This document shows positions 22,854 through 37,685 of a DNA stretch of 64,000 nt, one piece after another; the stretch's first letter is position 1, and each line of letters begins with the position of its first letter. The DNA comes from Spirogloea muscicola. Lineage: Eukaryota. Below the pieces are notes generated by a model, which saw nothing but the letters and a program-made list of their open reading frames with translations, did no database searches and had not been told where the DNA came from. Location: the NCBI GenBank assembly GCA_009602725.1, contig WELB01000004.1:622119-686118 (forward strand), read 5' to 3'. A program made the translations under genes and the position numbers.

Positions 22854-24973
22854 TCAGTCCTTCTTAAGGGGAACATAATCGCGACGCACGCCCGATTTAT
22901 TAACAATCACAATCTCCACACCATCACCCTGCAACAACCAGATCGGCGATTCAGAATGATGAACCCCCCACTGTCTGCTCAATATAGAAATTCGCCAATT
23001 TCCAAAGTACTGGTTTCTAGAAGATTCTGGCCAATGACAAGCTACTGCGACAGGCACAAGCTGCAGATGGGCTCTTGGAGCTTGCCGTGTAGATGTCCCG
23101 CTCGCCGGCAGACGCAAACGTGTCTTTAACAAGGTCCACAGCCTCGTCCTCAGTCAGCGGTGTCGCAGACATCTGAACAATGCACAACGAACAAATATAA
23201 ATACGACTTCAAGTACGTGTCAGTTCCAGGAGGCTGCCACCTTATATCAGAATTGTATTGGTGCATACATAACATCCCCCCGGCTCCTGATATCTACCAG
23301 GAGGACATTTCTTCCTGCTATTGTCTTGACCGGAAAGCTCTACTAGCAATTTGCTGACTTTCTGAAGCAGCGCAACTGTGAGGGTGAAGGAAAGTCACTA
23401 CCTTGACTGGTATGAGCAAGGGGCTTTCTGCCTTAAGCTGGTTATCAAGCACGGGCATAATGAGCTGCTGGCCAGTTCCCTGGCAGCTGTACCCCGACCG
23501 CTCGTATGATCCGATCGCATCATACGTGTACACACAGCCCTTGCCTGGAGACACCAGCCAAGCAGCCTTGCTGCCATTAAGATGTGGGTCCCCTCTTGGC
23601 GCATTCGCATGATGATAGATTGCAAAGACGTCAATGTAGGTCGCTGAGCTGCAAAAGTCCTTCCTAGACTGCGCTGGCTGCTTACACGACCTTTTAGATT
23701 TCAATAGGAAAATCTTAAAGCGCCTTTGCGCCCCAGCAAAAGACTGCCCCCTGGAGTCTGAGGGAGGCTTCACTCACCCTCACTGTCCAGGCCGGCAAGA
23801 AGGTTGAAGGTGTAGTAAGGGAAGAAGCGCTTGTAGTACAGCGTGTTAGAAAGCAGCTGCGCCATGGCCGGGCAGCTCATCTGCTTCTTGTGCTGATGCT
23901 GATACAACTGCATTATTCAGACCCTGCATGACAAATTAGTAAAGAGCTCGGTGCGTGGAGTGCCCGAGCTACCTGGATACCTTTGCTGCATGTTAATGAG
24001 GCAAGGCTATGACTGCAATCTCTCTGACTTCTTCAATATAGTTGCTGGCACTTCGAATTGAATTGCTGCTCAAGTTGCAGGCGACAGAGTCAAGAGCTTC
24101 TCCCCACCCCTGTTTAAGCTGATGCAGAGCCCACCTCAGAGGCAGCAGCAAGTAGGCCAGGATATCCAGCAGGCGGTCCATGAAGAGGCGGCTCGCTCTC
24201 ACCTGGTGCCGCACGTTGAGGTTCTTCTGCAGCGTCCTCCGGTCCGCCATGAAGCCCCCCGTGGCAAGGATCGCCTTGTCCGACCTGCAGTGATCATTGC
24301 CGCGCCGCTGGGCACGGTAGTCAGCATGGACCGTCCCAGTGACGGCCCAGTGTGCGAAATGTCAAGCCCTAGTTGCCAGCGAGCAAGTGGCTTCAGAGTT
24401 CCAAAACGCGATGCAGCAGCTTCATCCCTAAAGCCTAGTTAACCCAAATACTGACATCCTTCTTAGCTATAGCACTGAGATGCTGTACAGTGCGTCCTGC
24501 ATCTGATTTATGCAACCACTGGCTCGCTCGTCGGGGTGTGCAGGCGCATACAGCTGGTAGATTTTGGAGTCAGAGCGGGTGAGGATGCTGAAGCCCGTGG
24601 ACATGCGCGTGTCAGCCGCGACGACGGCGTAGTCCGCGCCAGCGATGGCCACACACGTCCTGCCCAGCGGGCGCACACATGAGCGAAGAACTTGTGGGCA
24701 CTCGATTGGGCGAGCTGGACGCGGTGGCGCAACCTCGAGCAGGGCTCAGGGGTTAGCGTCTGGGAATAGCTGACGCAAATCAATCAGGGCCTCAACACCG
24801 AGGCCCTGACTGTAAGCTCAGACGGTTTTACATACAGGGCCTGCCACGCAAATTGCCGCCGTTCACACTGCCGCTGCAGCTCTTGGGACAGGCCTGCAGC
24901 AGGCGCTTTGGGAGCTCGAGAGCCTGCGGCGGCCTCACCCGCCGTTGTTGTCGTAGGGGCTCCACGTCGCCAT
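22854..24973 (-). CDS. PBF1: 20S proteasome subunit beta type-1 (beta-6), 7 exons
   Basis: MATWSPYDNNGG|TCVAIAGADYAVVAADTRMSTGFSILTR; QMSCPAMAQLLSNTLYYKRFFPYY; GKGCVYTYDAIGSYER; AGERDIYT|GDGVEIVIVNKSGVRRDYVPLKKD*. The last intron has a GC donor. Confidence 0.96.
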
Positions 24974-25369
24974 GGCAGCGGGCCTTTGCCCCGCCCGCGC
25001 CCAAGTGGACGTCCCAAGGGACCAGCCTGTGGCACTGCTTGCGGGGAGCGCCGCCGGCCGCAACTGCTGCGACCACCGCCGCCGGCGTCGGCTTGGCGCT
25101 CCTGCAAATGGCGGCACTGCCCGTCTCCGCCTCCCACGACGGACGCGCGGGACGCCGGAGGCGGCGGCGCTGCCCGCGGCGCAAGTCGCGGCGGGCAAGG
25201 CGGGGGCCCGAGGAAGTCTGTCTGGGACGTCTGTGTAGCCCTCGTGGATGGTTTCCTCAACGACGGCATGTCACGAGACATGGAGGATGAAGCCTTCATC
25301 ATATCAATTTCTTTCCGTGTTCCTATCGAGCTGTTTCCTCATTTCGGCTGTATGTGTCCAGCCCAGGCT

Positions 25370-25585
25370 GAGTGGACAAGGCCCACAGGGGGTAAGGGGC
25401 TGGGAAAGGCCAGCCCAAAAGGCAGTCGGATTCACTGGCACACGAGATTGATCCACTGCTGAGCTGCTGAGTCGCAACTGCGGGCATGCCCCCCTGGCCA
25501 TCCAGTTTTGTCCAATGTGCTTGCCTTTGTACTTGGCCACACATGGCCTCCCTATCTCTTAATATACACGCATTTTCTCCTGGCC
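25370..25585. mobile_element. Short 3'-UTR remnants of the same retrotransposon family
   Basis: GGGGCTGGGAAAGGCCAGCCCAAAA (module on - strand) and GTCCAATGTGCTTGCCTTTGTACTTGGCCACACATGG, the latter matching 13754-13790. Confidence 0.6.
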
Positions 25586-25754
25586 ATACACGAACTTCTT
25601 CCTGGCCATCGAGTCGAGTCCGTCGCCAAATCACGGCGATATACATTGAATGGCATGTCATTACTTGCGGGGCTTTTCCAGGGTTCTGGGTTTAAGCTCC
25701 CCCCCCGAGCTTCGAGCTCGAGCTCCCAGCTGTCGCCCTCGCCGCGGCGGCCGC

Positions 25755-25809
25755 ATGCGCCCATCGGCGGCCAGGCGCGCGGCGGCAGCGGCGGCGGCGG
25801 CGGCAGCGN

Positions 25810-25867
<58 letters not shown>

Positions 25868-28468
25868 GCCGCCCCGCCGCAGAGCTCCAACGTCTGCGCC
25901 GAGCGCCAGGCGTGGTCGCGAGAGCCGTGGCCGCGGCGGCTGCTCGGCCGTGCGGCGGCGCCTGCTCGCGCCGCCGCTTTGGCGCGCCTTTGGACCACCT
26001 CGCTCGTCACCAGCGCCTGTGAGCGTTCGCCGATACCATCTCTTTTCTCAGAATCGGTTTTCTAATGTCTCCAAGGCAGCCGGTTGACCCGCAGCAAGTA
26101 GTGCGCTGAGAAGTGACCGCCGCCAGGCGGTCTTGATCCCATATCGACGTGACCGGCGCCGAGGTCCGGCAGCCATGCGTGGGTTCCAGCTCTGCTATTC
26201 AGTGAAGCTGCTCTTGAGCACTCTGGCTGCCCGGCCGTGTCGCGGTGACCACAGTTGCTTATCAACTGCAGGTGGCCATGGCGGCAGCCAATGGCCGGAG
26301 CAGCGGCGCGCCCAATCAGGCAGTGGGCCGCCCAAGGCGGAGACAGAGACGTAGGTGAATTTCGGCGGTCTGACAATTAGCCAGCTGATTCTGAAAGTCC
26401 CAGAGTCTTATCCTACACCCCGCATGCCGGAATGTGAACTGCATATACTTAGAGTGCTGCCTGATTCCAAGCGGACAGGCTTGAAATCAATCAAAAGCCA
26501 TGGAAGCAATGCCTAATTGCTTGGAAAAATTCATGTAAAAGGCCATAGATGCAGTTGGTGAATTCAGATTGTAAGCCCTTAGCTGCTCTGAACCCAAAAC
26601 ATCAAACCTCAGCTTAAAAATGTGAGACTTTTGGCCTCATTTACGCAGCAGGCTCGCTGACCTGGCTGAGCTGTGCCTGCGCAATGTTGGCCCATCTCAT
26701 TTTGCTGCTACTTTGCTGCAGCATCGGCGTCACGTTCGTGGACAAGGCTGGCAAGGAACAGCTCATACGCGTGCCCCTCGGCATGTCCATGCTTGAAGCA
26801 GCTCATCAGAACGACATCGACCTGGAGGGTGGGACTCTTTGCCCTCACAGCGGCAGTCCTTTGTCGGCGAAAGGAGGAAGATGAGGTTGAAATGAGATGT
26901 TCTCAAACTCTTACAAGAAGGCAGCAATTCAAGCAACTATTGAATCAGTACCTCGGGGATCACCAGAGGCTAGGGTGGTGCGTCAGCGTTGAATTAATTG
27001 AGGTTAAGTGGAGTAGCTCAGGTCTGGAGCGTGAGATTCAAAGGAGACTCAGGCTCAAGAGGTCAAAGGTTCGCGGTATGAGGCAGCCCTGCTCGTGCAA
27101 GTCTATGTGTTGTGTTCGTGTCGCTCTTCCAGCAGTAGTGAATGATTGGGAAGCCTCGGCTCTCGTCCTTGACGCCCTGACAGTGGCGACGAAGGCGGTC
27201 CCCCACAAAGAGAGCGCAATGACTAAGACCTGCCTCATTTAACCTACGGAGGCTAGGTTTCGCTTCATTGGCACAGTCGTCGGCGACAGCATGTGCCTTC
27301 AGGGTTGGGTAGAGCCAGCGTTGAGGATTGAATGGGTCTTGGACTAGGAGCTCGGGATGGCTTCTTTGTCGATGTCTGTAAATGCTTGCATATGTAGCAA
27401 CAAAGCTCCTCTGAATCAGTAGCTCTGTTGAGCTCAGGCGATTTACGTGCTACAGATCTCTTTACTGATACCCATCTTCTTTATTAATCCATGCAGGAGC
27501 TTGCGAAGGATCTCTGGCCTGCTCCACGTGCCATGTGATTGTCATGGTGAGAGGCTGAATGCTTCAAGTAGCTCCCTTGCCTGGATACAATCAAGCTGGA
27601 TCAAACTATCCGCGCAACTTCGATCCACCCGGTTGCGGGGCTGAATGTATCCGCAGAGTGCGAGCGGCGTCATCAGCTTGAACCTCGGCTTGAGTGGGGT
27701 GTTAGGTTAAATACAGCCGCAACATGCGCCCATCATGTAAGCCCATCTGCCTGGGCTGTCGTTAGTAACCGGGATAGGGCCTGCATGGAAGCCTGACTTG
27801 GGCAGTGTGACGAGCATTTTGCAGGATGAGGAGTACTTCCAGAAGATGGAGGAGCCATCAGATGAGGAGAATGACATGCTCGACCTTGCATTCGGACTGT
27901 GTGAGACGTAAGTCACCCTGCCACCATGAGATGTGATGTGATGTGCGTATCTTGCTGGATGACAATTCACAAATGCGTCCTTATGCAACAAGCTGCAGGA
28001 GGTCAAGGGTTAAGTCCTGATGCTGTCTTGCATTGACGGCATCTGAAGTTCAGGGTCTAAGATGATCATGGTTGATCTCCTCTGAGGTCATCACCATCTG
28101 CCTAAGCATTGGGAGATGTGTGTTTGCTTAGGTGGCCATATGGTTTTTTAAGCAAGCACTTGCGTGTCGTCCTTCTTTCTTTCAGGTCGCGCTTAGGTTG
28201 CCAAGTCATCGCCAGCAAGGAGTTTGATGGCCTGCGCTTGGCACTTCCAGCTGGTATGCGTGTATGCAAGGCACAACGTTTGTAGCTCTCAGAAACTCCT
28301 CTTGTGTTGAGCTGCCCAGCCGCTCAGATACGAATTGGATTATTCTATGCACATTCAGTTGATATGTGGCTCAGAGCAGCTTGTAAGCCTCCACCTGACA
28401 GAAACTTTGTCTGAACGGCAGCTACGCGGAACTTTGCTGTTGACGGCCACGTCCCAAAGCCTCACTGA
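25755..28468 (+). CDS. MFDX: Mitochondrial adrenodoxin-like 2Fe-2S ferredoxin; N-terminus uncertain because of an N/poly-A artefact
   Basis: Exons read IGVTFVDKAGKEQLIRVPLGMSMLEAAHQNDIDLE|GACEGSLACSTCHVIVM|DEEYFQKMEEPSDEENDMLDLAFGLCET|SRLGCQVIASKEFDGLRLALPA|ATRNFAVDGHVPKPH*. The Cx5Cx2C..C motif is present. Confidence 0.94.
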
Positions 28469-28939
28469 TGGACTGTGATGATACATAGTCCCAACACCCG
28501 CTCAAGGACGCCTGTCTCCTGGTGTCCTTTCTTACAGACGCTTCAGTCGCTCGTACATTACCTTGGAGTTGGCCTTCAAGTTTGGGTCACGGCTGTGAGA
28601 CTCTTTTGAAGAGGCGTTCGTCTGTCGCGCATCTCGTATTTTGCCTAGGCATGCTCATATAGAGCATTCTCCACTTGTGACTGTCATTGGCAGCATGAGA
28701 TTCCCTTAGTCATGTATTCTTGCGCTACTGTGTTTCTTGGGGGCAGGCGGAGGAGGCTAGTAGGTTGACTTCTGTTGTCCAACTGACCGACTGTCCATAC
28801 TGTTCCCTCCATCCAGTCTCACAAGTTGTTATCTCTGATGTGCCCAGTATTTAGGGATGGCGGTGGCTGGTGCAAGGCATTGGCTTTTAGCGCTTTCCGG
28901 CGCCTTTGTGCCTTGACCATTCTGTTCGGGCTTGCTCTC

Positions 28940-29335
28940 CACAGCCCTCAGCCCGTTCTGAAAGTGGCCCTTCCTTCAATGGCTGTGAGAGGCCAAAATT
29001 AACAAGGTCATGAGAAGGAATGGAGTGTATGAAGTGATGGAGGGCCTGTGTGGCCCAGTACAAAGGTAGAAGGGAGAAGGGAGGAAGGGAGTCCAAGACG
29101 TGCATTGACTGGTGGAGGGCCTGGGTGGCCAAGCACAGAGACGAGCACATCTAGAGATGTACATTACCTGCTGCTTAGCATCTTCTCTATGGGCGAGCAC
29201 TTTCTCTTAGCAGACCCGCTCAGTAACCACGGGTCAGCAAGTAGAGGTTTCGGAATCGATGTCCCAATACCAAGCCCTTCTGTTGGCTGGCTTGTCCAGC
29301 CCCTATCCTCAATGGGCGAGCCCTTTCTTCTGTTG
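28940..29335. mobile_element. Retrotransposon 3'-end remnants (same family)
   Basis: Minus-strand NLYLLTRGY* tail at about 29220-29250. Plus-strand GGCTGGCTTGTCCAGCCCCTATCCTCAATGGGCGAGCCCTTTCTTC at 29285-29330. Confidence 0.6.
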
Positions 29336-29524
29336 GAGGAGCGGGTGAGCCGACTCTGTACCCTCTCGGGGCGACTTGCTGCTGGAGGAAGGAGGGCTGC
29401 GGAGTGCCAGCTGCTGGGAACCAGAGGAGGGAGGTGGAGGTGGTCGGGCCCGGGTGGGGCTGAGCGGCCTGCAGCCACCAGCCGGCCCTGCCAGCCGTCA
29501 CGGAGGGGAAGCACAGGCGCGGCC

Positions 29525-31472
<1,948 letters not shown>

Positions 31473-31554
31473 GCCCAGAGCTGGTGCAAAATTTTGAGAT
31501 CAGGGGAGGCGTAATGTCTTCTCAGTATTGGTGGCCTCGCGAGTACCAGCACAT

Positions 31555-33472
31555 TCAGCGGTACTCGCGCCACGCGCCGCCAAGCAAAGGCGCTGCTGCC
31601 TCCTCGCTATCGCTGCCGCTGCCATCCCCATGCTCCCAAAGCAAGAGCTCGTCGCTGCTGCCTCCATTGCCGCCGTCCTCGTTGATTGCAGCCTCGTCCT
31701 CGTCAAACGCCGACGGCTGCCTGCGTAGCGGGCTGGGAGCGTCCGCGTCTGTCAGAAGCCGCTGCAGGACGCCAGAGCTGTCGTCATCCCACCACTCCGC
31801 ATCGTTGGCCTCCTCGCTGACATCGTCATCGCTGTAGTCGTCGTTGTCCCCAGCAGCAAACTCTTCTGCATCGCTCGGCCAGCCACCAACCTCCTCTAGT
31901 GGCCCGCCCGAGGCTACTCCAGCCCAGGAGAAGCGCTCATCCGCCACACTCTACATGGCCAGCGCGTGGCCAGCAAGTTGCGCATTGAGATTAAGGATAC
32001 GGTGAGAGTCTGGAAGTTAGGATCACACAAGAGCTGCAACGGCGGCACACCTTCCACCAGAGCAAAATTCTTGTGGGCGCCTGGACTCGGAAAGACAGGG
32101 TAGCTCGTACCGCCAGGGCGTCGGCGTTGCCAACAACCACAGTGCGCAGCCCGCGCAGCCGGGCAAGTTGCAGGATGCCCACAAAACCGCGGTCATCCGA
32201 GACGAGGCAGACACAGTCGAGCGCCCCGGCTGCGATGGCCCGCGTCAGGTCGCGCACCAGGGCTGTGTCGGCCGCCTGGAGTGCCAGCGGTACAAGAAAG
32301 CTCAGGTCGTGATGTTAACCTCGGCTTGAAGCACAGCGACCAGCGCAGCCCTCCTGGAAAAGCATGGCGAGCAGAGCCTGCACCTGGGGCGCATCGCTGA
32401 CGAGCCGCACAGTGACGCCGGCGCGGCGGAGGTCTGACGCTAGGCCATAGCCACGACGCGGCATCAGCGCTGCCTGGCGCGCTGCGTCGGCGTATCGCCG
32501 CTCCGTCTCGGCGGCCCGCATGCGTGCCCGCGCCCGCTGCCTACACCCGCGGCAATCCCGCTGACAATGTTAGTATGAGGTGTACAGAGCCCCTGGCGCG
32601 CTCAAGCGGCTGCTTGCTCGTGCAACGCGCCTGATATGACCGCCGGTCGCGCAATCCAAGACAATGAACCCTTGGCTAAAGAGGAGGTCATGATGCTTGA
32701 AGCTGGCGGGACAGACTTGGGCGAGAGGTGCTGGATGCGTCGGAGCCGACGGTCGCGCTCGCGGCTGTGCAGCTGTCGGAAGTGCCGCTGCAGCGCAGTC
32801 TCGGAGCCGAACTTGCGCCCACAGAGGCCGCAGGCGTGGCCGCCGGCAGGGGCTGCGTCCAGGCCCGCCTCTTCGCGGGCCACGCGCTCCCTGTGCTCGA
32901 GCCGCTCTGCTTGCACCCACGCTGGAACGTGCTGGAATGCGTGCCTGGTCACCCATGCCGACGTCGAGGGGCAGGTCAGTGTCGCCCGAGGCACTGTGCT
33001 TCAGACTGCCCAGCTGGAGCGCGGCACGTCAAGCTTGCAGCAATGCCTTCAAGAGCAGCGGCAGCGGCGGCCACCTGTTGGCATAGGCGGCAAAGGCCAC
33101 GAGGCGGCCGAAGCCGCTAGCGAGGGCCCGCAGCCGCAGCGCGGCGTCCAGGGGCGGCACGTTCTCCGGCGGCTTGTTGTCCAGATCCCAGTACACGCCC
33201 ACTGCCGCAGCTGCAGCGCCCTCGCCGTTCTCGCCGCGGCCGCTGCGGCCAGCCTCCCTGCCGAGTGGCCCTGCGCTGCTCGTGGTCGCCGCGCCGCAGT
33301 GGCCAGGAGTGGCCATCCTGGAGCGGCGGCCCAGTCGCTGGCTCTGAAGCTCCTGAGGAGCACTGATGCTGCCGGCTGCCAGCCCCAGGCAATGCACGCA
33401 AGCGGCGGAGGTGCGCAGCATGAGGCCGCTGTGGCCCGGGTGCGCCGCGCCGGCCACTGGGGCTAGCGCCAT
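31555..33472 (-). CDS. NYN (PIN-like nuclease) domain protein with inserted C2H2 zinc finger, 5 exons
   Basis: VGVYWDLDNKPP..AYANR|HAF; CGLCGRKFGSETALQRHFRQLH; GYGLASDLRRAGVTVRLVSDAPQ|AADTAL; CLVSDDRGFVGILQLARLRGLRTVVVG; ADERFSW; acidic tail. Confidence 0.9.
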
Positions 33473-34542
33473 GGGGACGGAGGCCAGCAGGCAGCCGCGA
33501 CGAGCTCAGCAGGCGGCAGCTGCGCCGCTGAGGGCGGCTCTCACACTGGCCGCGCCCTCGCTGACCGGCAACGACCTGGCAAGGCCACTGGGCTCTCCGC
33601 CGCCGCCATAGCCAAGCTGCCGCCGGGGCCACCGGGCGGCAAAGGCCTGCCCCTGCAGCCCACAGCCGCCAGCGCCGGCAGCGCCTGGCCCGTCCCCGCA
33701 GCCTTGCGCCGAGGGCGCAGCGGAGGGCTCATCGTGAAGCACCGCGCCAGGGCCAAGCTGCCAGAGCTCCGAGCGCCACGGGCAGCTCCCGGGCGTCGAC
33801 TGCTGGACGCTGGTGCGCAGTGGGCGCCGAGTGCCGCAGAGACACGCAGTGCCTGAGGCGTGATACTAGCGTCTGCGCGATGGAGGCCAAGGGGGAGACG
33901 GATCTCGTCCAAGCTGCGACAAAGCTTTCCCATTCAGAGAATCGGCAGGGTGGACGGACTGCTTGGTGGTCTGACGCGCACAGCATTGCATTTGCTTTGC
34001 TTAGCGATACACGACCACGGCTGCGCTCGTTCTTAGGACCAACTCCGACATATTTAGGTGCCATCGAGGCCCCAATTCCGGTCATACGTCGACAGCACTA
34101 CTCGACAACCACGTGTTCTCCGACGCCGCCGCAGCCGCCGCCGCGCACAGCGCCGCGATCCGCGGCGGGGCCGCCGGCGGGCTCGCGATCGGCGCGAGCG
34201 AGACAGCCGCGCNNNNNNNNNNNNNNNNNNNNNNNNNNNNNNNNNNNNNNNNNNNNNNNNNNNNNNNNNNNNNNNNNNNNNNNNNNNNNNNNNNNNNNNN
34301 NNNNNNNNNNNNNNNNNNNNNNNNNNNNNNNNNNNNNNNNNNNNNNNNNNNNNNNNNNNNNNNNNNNNNNNNNNNNNNNNNNNNNNNNNNNNNNNNNNNN
34401 NNNNNNNNNNNNNNNNNNNNNNNNNNNNNNNNNNNNNNNNNNNNNNNNNNNNNNNNNNNNNNNNNNNNNNNNNNNNNNNNNNNNNNNNNNNNNNNNNNNN
34501 NNNNNNNNNNNNNNNNNNNNNNNNNNNNNNNNNNNNNNNNNN

Positions 34543-37064
34543 GCTCCGTGGCCGCGCCGCCGGCGCCGCCGGAGCTGGCGGAGGCCGCGGCGGGATCAGC
34601 GGCCGCGGCGGCTGTGCGCGACGGTGTGCTCGTCGAGACCAGGTACGCAGGAGCCTGGGTTAGGGTTCAGGGCAGCTGCCCTGGAAACGTCGTCCAAATT
34701 CCTCAATTCAACTTCCGATGGATGTTGCGGCTGGACATGGATCAATCTTGGAGCCTACATCACGCGAAGAGGATTGTCTGTAGATCATCAGAATGACAGG
34801 ACTTGATGGAGACTTTGCAAGAGACATTGCAGTTGACGTCAAGAGCCTGCATGTGTGCCACTAGCCAGCGTTGATCTGTGCCTAGAGCCCAGAAACCCAC
34901 CCCCAGACCCCGGCAGTGGCAGTCAGACGCGTCTTGCACAGCACCAGGATCATGCACGAGCCCTCATGCAAGCGGCATGCTGTGCTGCCAATCAGCTAAA
35001 GTTCCACGAGAAGCTGGCGCGCTGACGCGCCGGTGCTTGCTGTTGCCGCAGCTTCTGGCGCTGGAGAGGGTATGACATCCGGTACCAGCGCTCCGGTGGC
35101 GCTGGCCCCGCCCTCATCCTCATCCACGGGTTTGGCGCTAATTGGTACGCGCTAATTGGAGCTCCTGGTGTCGACTTGAGGCTGCTGTACAGTGGCAGCC
35201 CAAGTGTTGATTTGCCATCTCCTGACTGAGGCCCTTTATTGAGGACCAAACTTGGCTCCGCCAGCTCTGCCGGTTGTGGTGATTGACGATAGCTTCGATG
35301 TATGCTTGTGATCAATGCAATTGCAGCGACCACTGGCGGAAGAACATCCCGGAGCTGGCGCAGTCGCACCGTGTGTTTGCTCTTGACATGCTTGGCTATG
35401 GCTTCTCCTCCAAGCCTGACCCACGGCAGCAGGCGCCCAACACGCTCTACACATTCGACAACTGGAGTCGACAGGTGCTCGACTTTGCGCGTGATGTTGT
35501 GGGGGAGCCTGCCTTTCTGATCACAAACTCTGTTGGAGGTGAGGACACCGCACTACAGAAGCAACAGATCAGCTTTGCACAGTCGTGCATCTTCGAGTGA
35601 GTCCTTAGTGTTGGCCGTCCTGATACACATTGGCGGCTTTGGGAGGGTGCGCCGGCAGGTATCACGGGCCTTCAGGCTGCTCTTGACGGACCGGAACAGG
35701 TTCGAGGCCTTGTGCTGCTCAATGTTTCGCTGCGGCAGCTCCACATTTCGAAGCAGGATTGGTATGCCAAGCCGTTTGTGAAGGCCCTGCAGAACGTGCT
35801 GCGGTAAGTTTGGTAGCACTGGTGGAGTGTTACCAGTGCTACAGCACGGCAAGCTCTACATACTTCTGCAGTAGGGCAGTACTGAGCTTTTGCGATCCTG
35901 CTGTCAATTGGCTATCTTAGGCGAGCCCAGAAGGTGCTGTAATTACATCAATGTTGGTCTTCCTCTTGGCAGAGAGACGAACCTGGGGCGGATGTTCTTC
36001 AAGTCCGTCGCCAAGCCTGCTGCTGTGAAGAATATACTGTCTCAGGTGTGGTGGCGCAACTCTATGACTTTCAGAAGCGAGCTAGGCAAATGGACTGCCC
36101 AGAAGCTCAGCAAGTTTGATCTGCCCATGAGCTCAGTGCTTGCAGCTTGCTGCCTCACATTTAGGCCAGGGTGCGGGGTTCAACACAAATAAGCTTTGGG
36201 TGACGTTTCAACACATTTGTTTCTTGCCAAGACCTGTTTGTCCAAGGACAGTCAATATAGAGAAATTTGGAGTAGAGGTAGGAGCAGAAAGTATTTCCTC
36301 AACAACTGGGTAAAAGGTGGATGGGAACAGAGGGAAGGAGAACCCTTATTAAAACTAGCTACTGTGGACCATGACTTGTGATATCGCAAGTGGCTCCTTC
36401 GCTGCCTGCAGTGCTATCATGATGCTGCAGCAGTGACAGACGAGCTTGTGGAGAAGATTCTCGTGCCTGGCCTGCAACCTGGCGCTGTCGACGTCTTCCT
36501 TGACTTCATCTCGTACTCGGGAGGGCCACTTCCTGAAGAGATGCTTCCACTTGTGAAAGTAAGGGCTGTCTTTACATCTTGTACTCAAGGACGGGCAGTG
36601 CGTTGTTCGTGGCGGACATGTGGACAATGATTTTCTAAGTCCGCTATGAATGCAGCATTCGAAATGTTATCATTATAGCTGGAACAGCTGGGTGGGCTTG
36701 CGGCTACAGCCCCTGAAATGTGTACTCAGCGTGAATTTGCCAGTGCCCAGTCATCATCGGGTGGGGCGAGAAGGACCCCTGGGAGCCCATCTCACTTGGC
36801 CGCGCGTATGGTGACTATGACACGGTGGAGGACTTTGTTACTTTCGCCAACGTGGGCCACTGCCCGCAGGCAAGCAAGAGTCGTCATGTAGAAGGCAAGC
36901 ACGCTTATATTACATAGCGTTGGGCGCATGGAAGCCAGATCGCGCTTGGCTTGCCTGTCTGACTCTTATAACTGATGCTTGCGCAGGACGAGGCTCCTCA
37001 TCTTGTAAATCCTCTTGTGCGTGAGTTTGTAGCCAGACATGCCGTCTGCAGTTCTGTTTCTTGA
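34543..37064 (+). CDS. Alpha/beta-hydrolase fold protein (pheophytinase-like family); start codon probably lies in the N gap
   Basis: WRWRGYDIRY..LILIHGFGANCDHWRKNIPELAQSHRVFALDMLGYGFS; nucleophile elbow NSVGG; WGEKDPWEP; catalytic His in VGHCPQ|DEAPHLVNPL. The last intron is GC-AG. Confidence 0.92.
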
Positions 37065-37685
37065 TAGAGATGTGGAGCATCCTCAGCTACCCAAAGCTTT
37101 GAGATTAGTGATGGCTTATAGTTTAAGGATTCTACCAGTACTCTGACGATGATAGCAAGCAGTAGCGAAGTAGAGAATGATTGAATCCGATCTTCCTCGT
37201 TGAGAGGATCTTACTTTAAGCACACTTCTTACAACAGGCAACATTTGCCTGGTCATAGGCGGCAGCAAGTGTAATTACATGCTATCGTTGGCACGCTAGA
37301 TGATATACTATAGAGCCATATCGGCCTTGCGACCTCCTTCAGGAGAGAGGTAGTGGTGTGCACATTGTGTGCTCAATAGTACTAGTGCAGAGTCATATAC
37401 ATTACTTACATGCATTGTACCTAGTTGCTCAGCTCTCAGAGTCAGTAACTACAGGTCAACACAAGCACAGGCTGCCATGTGGCCCACGATTTACGTCCAG
37501 CAATGACTCGGCCACATTAGTGGCAAATGACCTGATCTGATAGCAACATTCTTTGACTCAGCGCTCAACCTTGTCGCTGCTTGCATGGGGAGTCCTTCTT
37601 GCGCCGAGCAGAGCTAATGCTTCTGAAGCGGGCTCTTGGCAGTTGAGATTGCCATACTGGGCTGGTCAGCCTTGGCAGTTGGACT

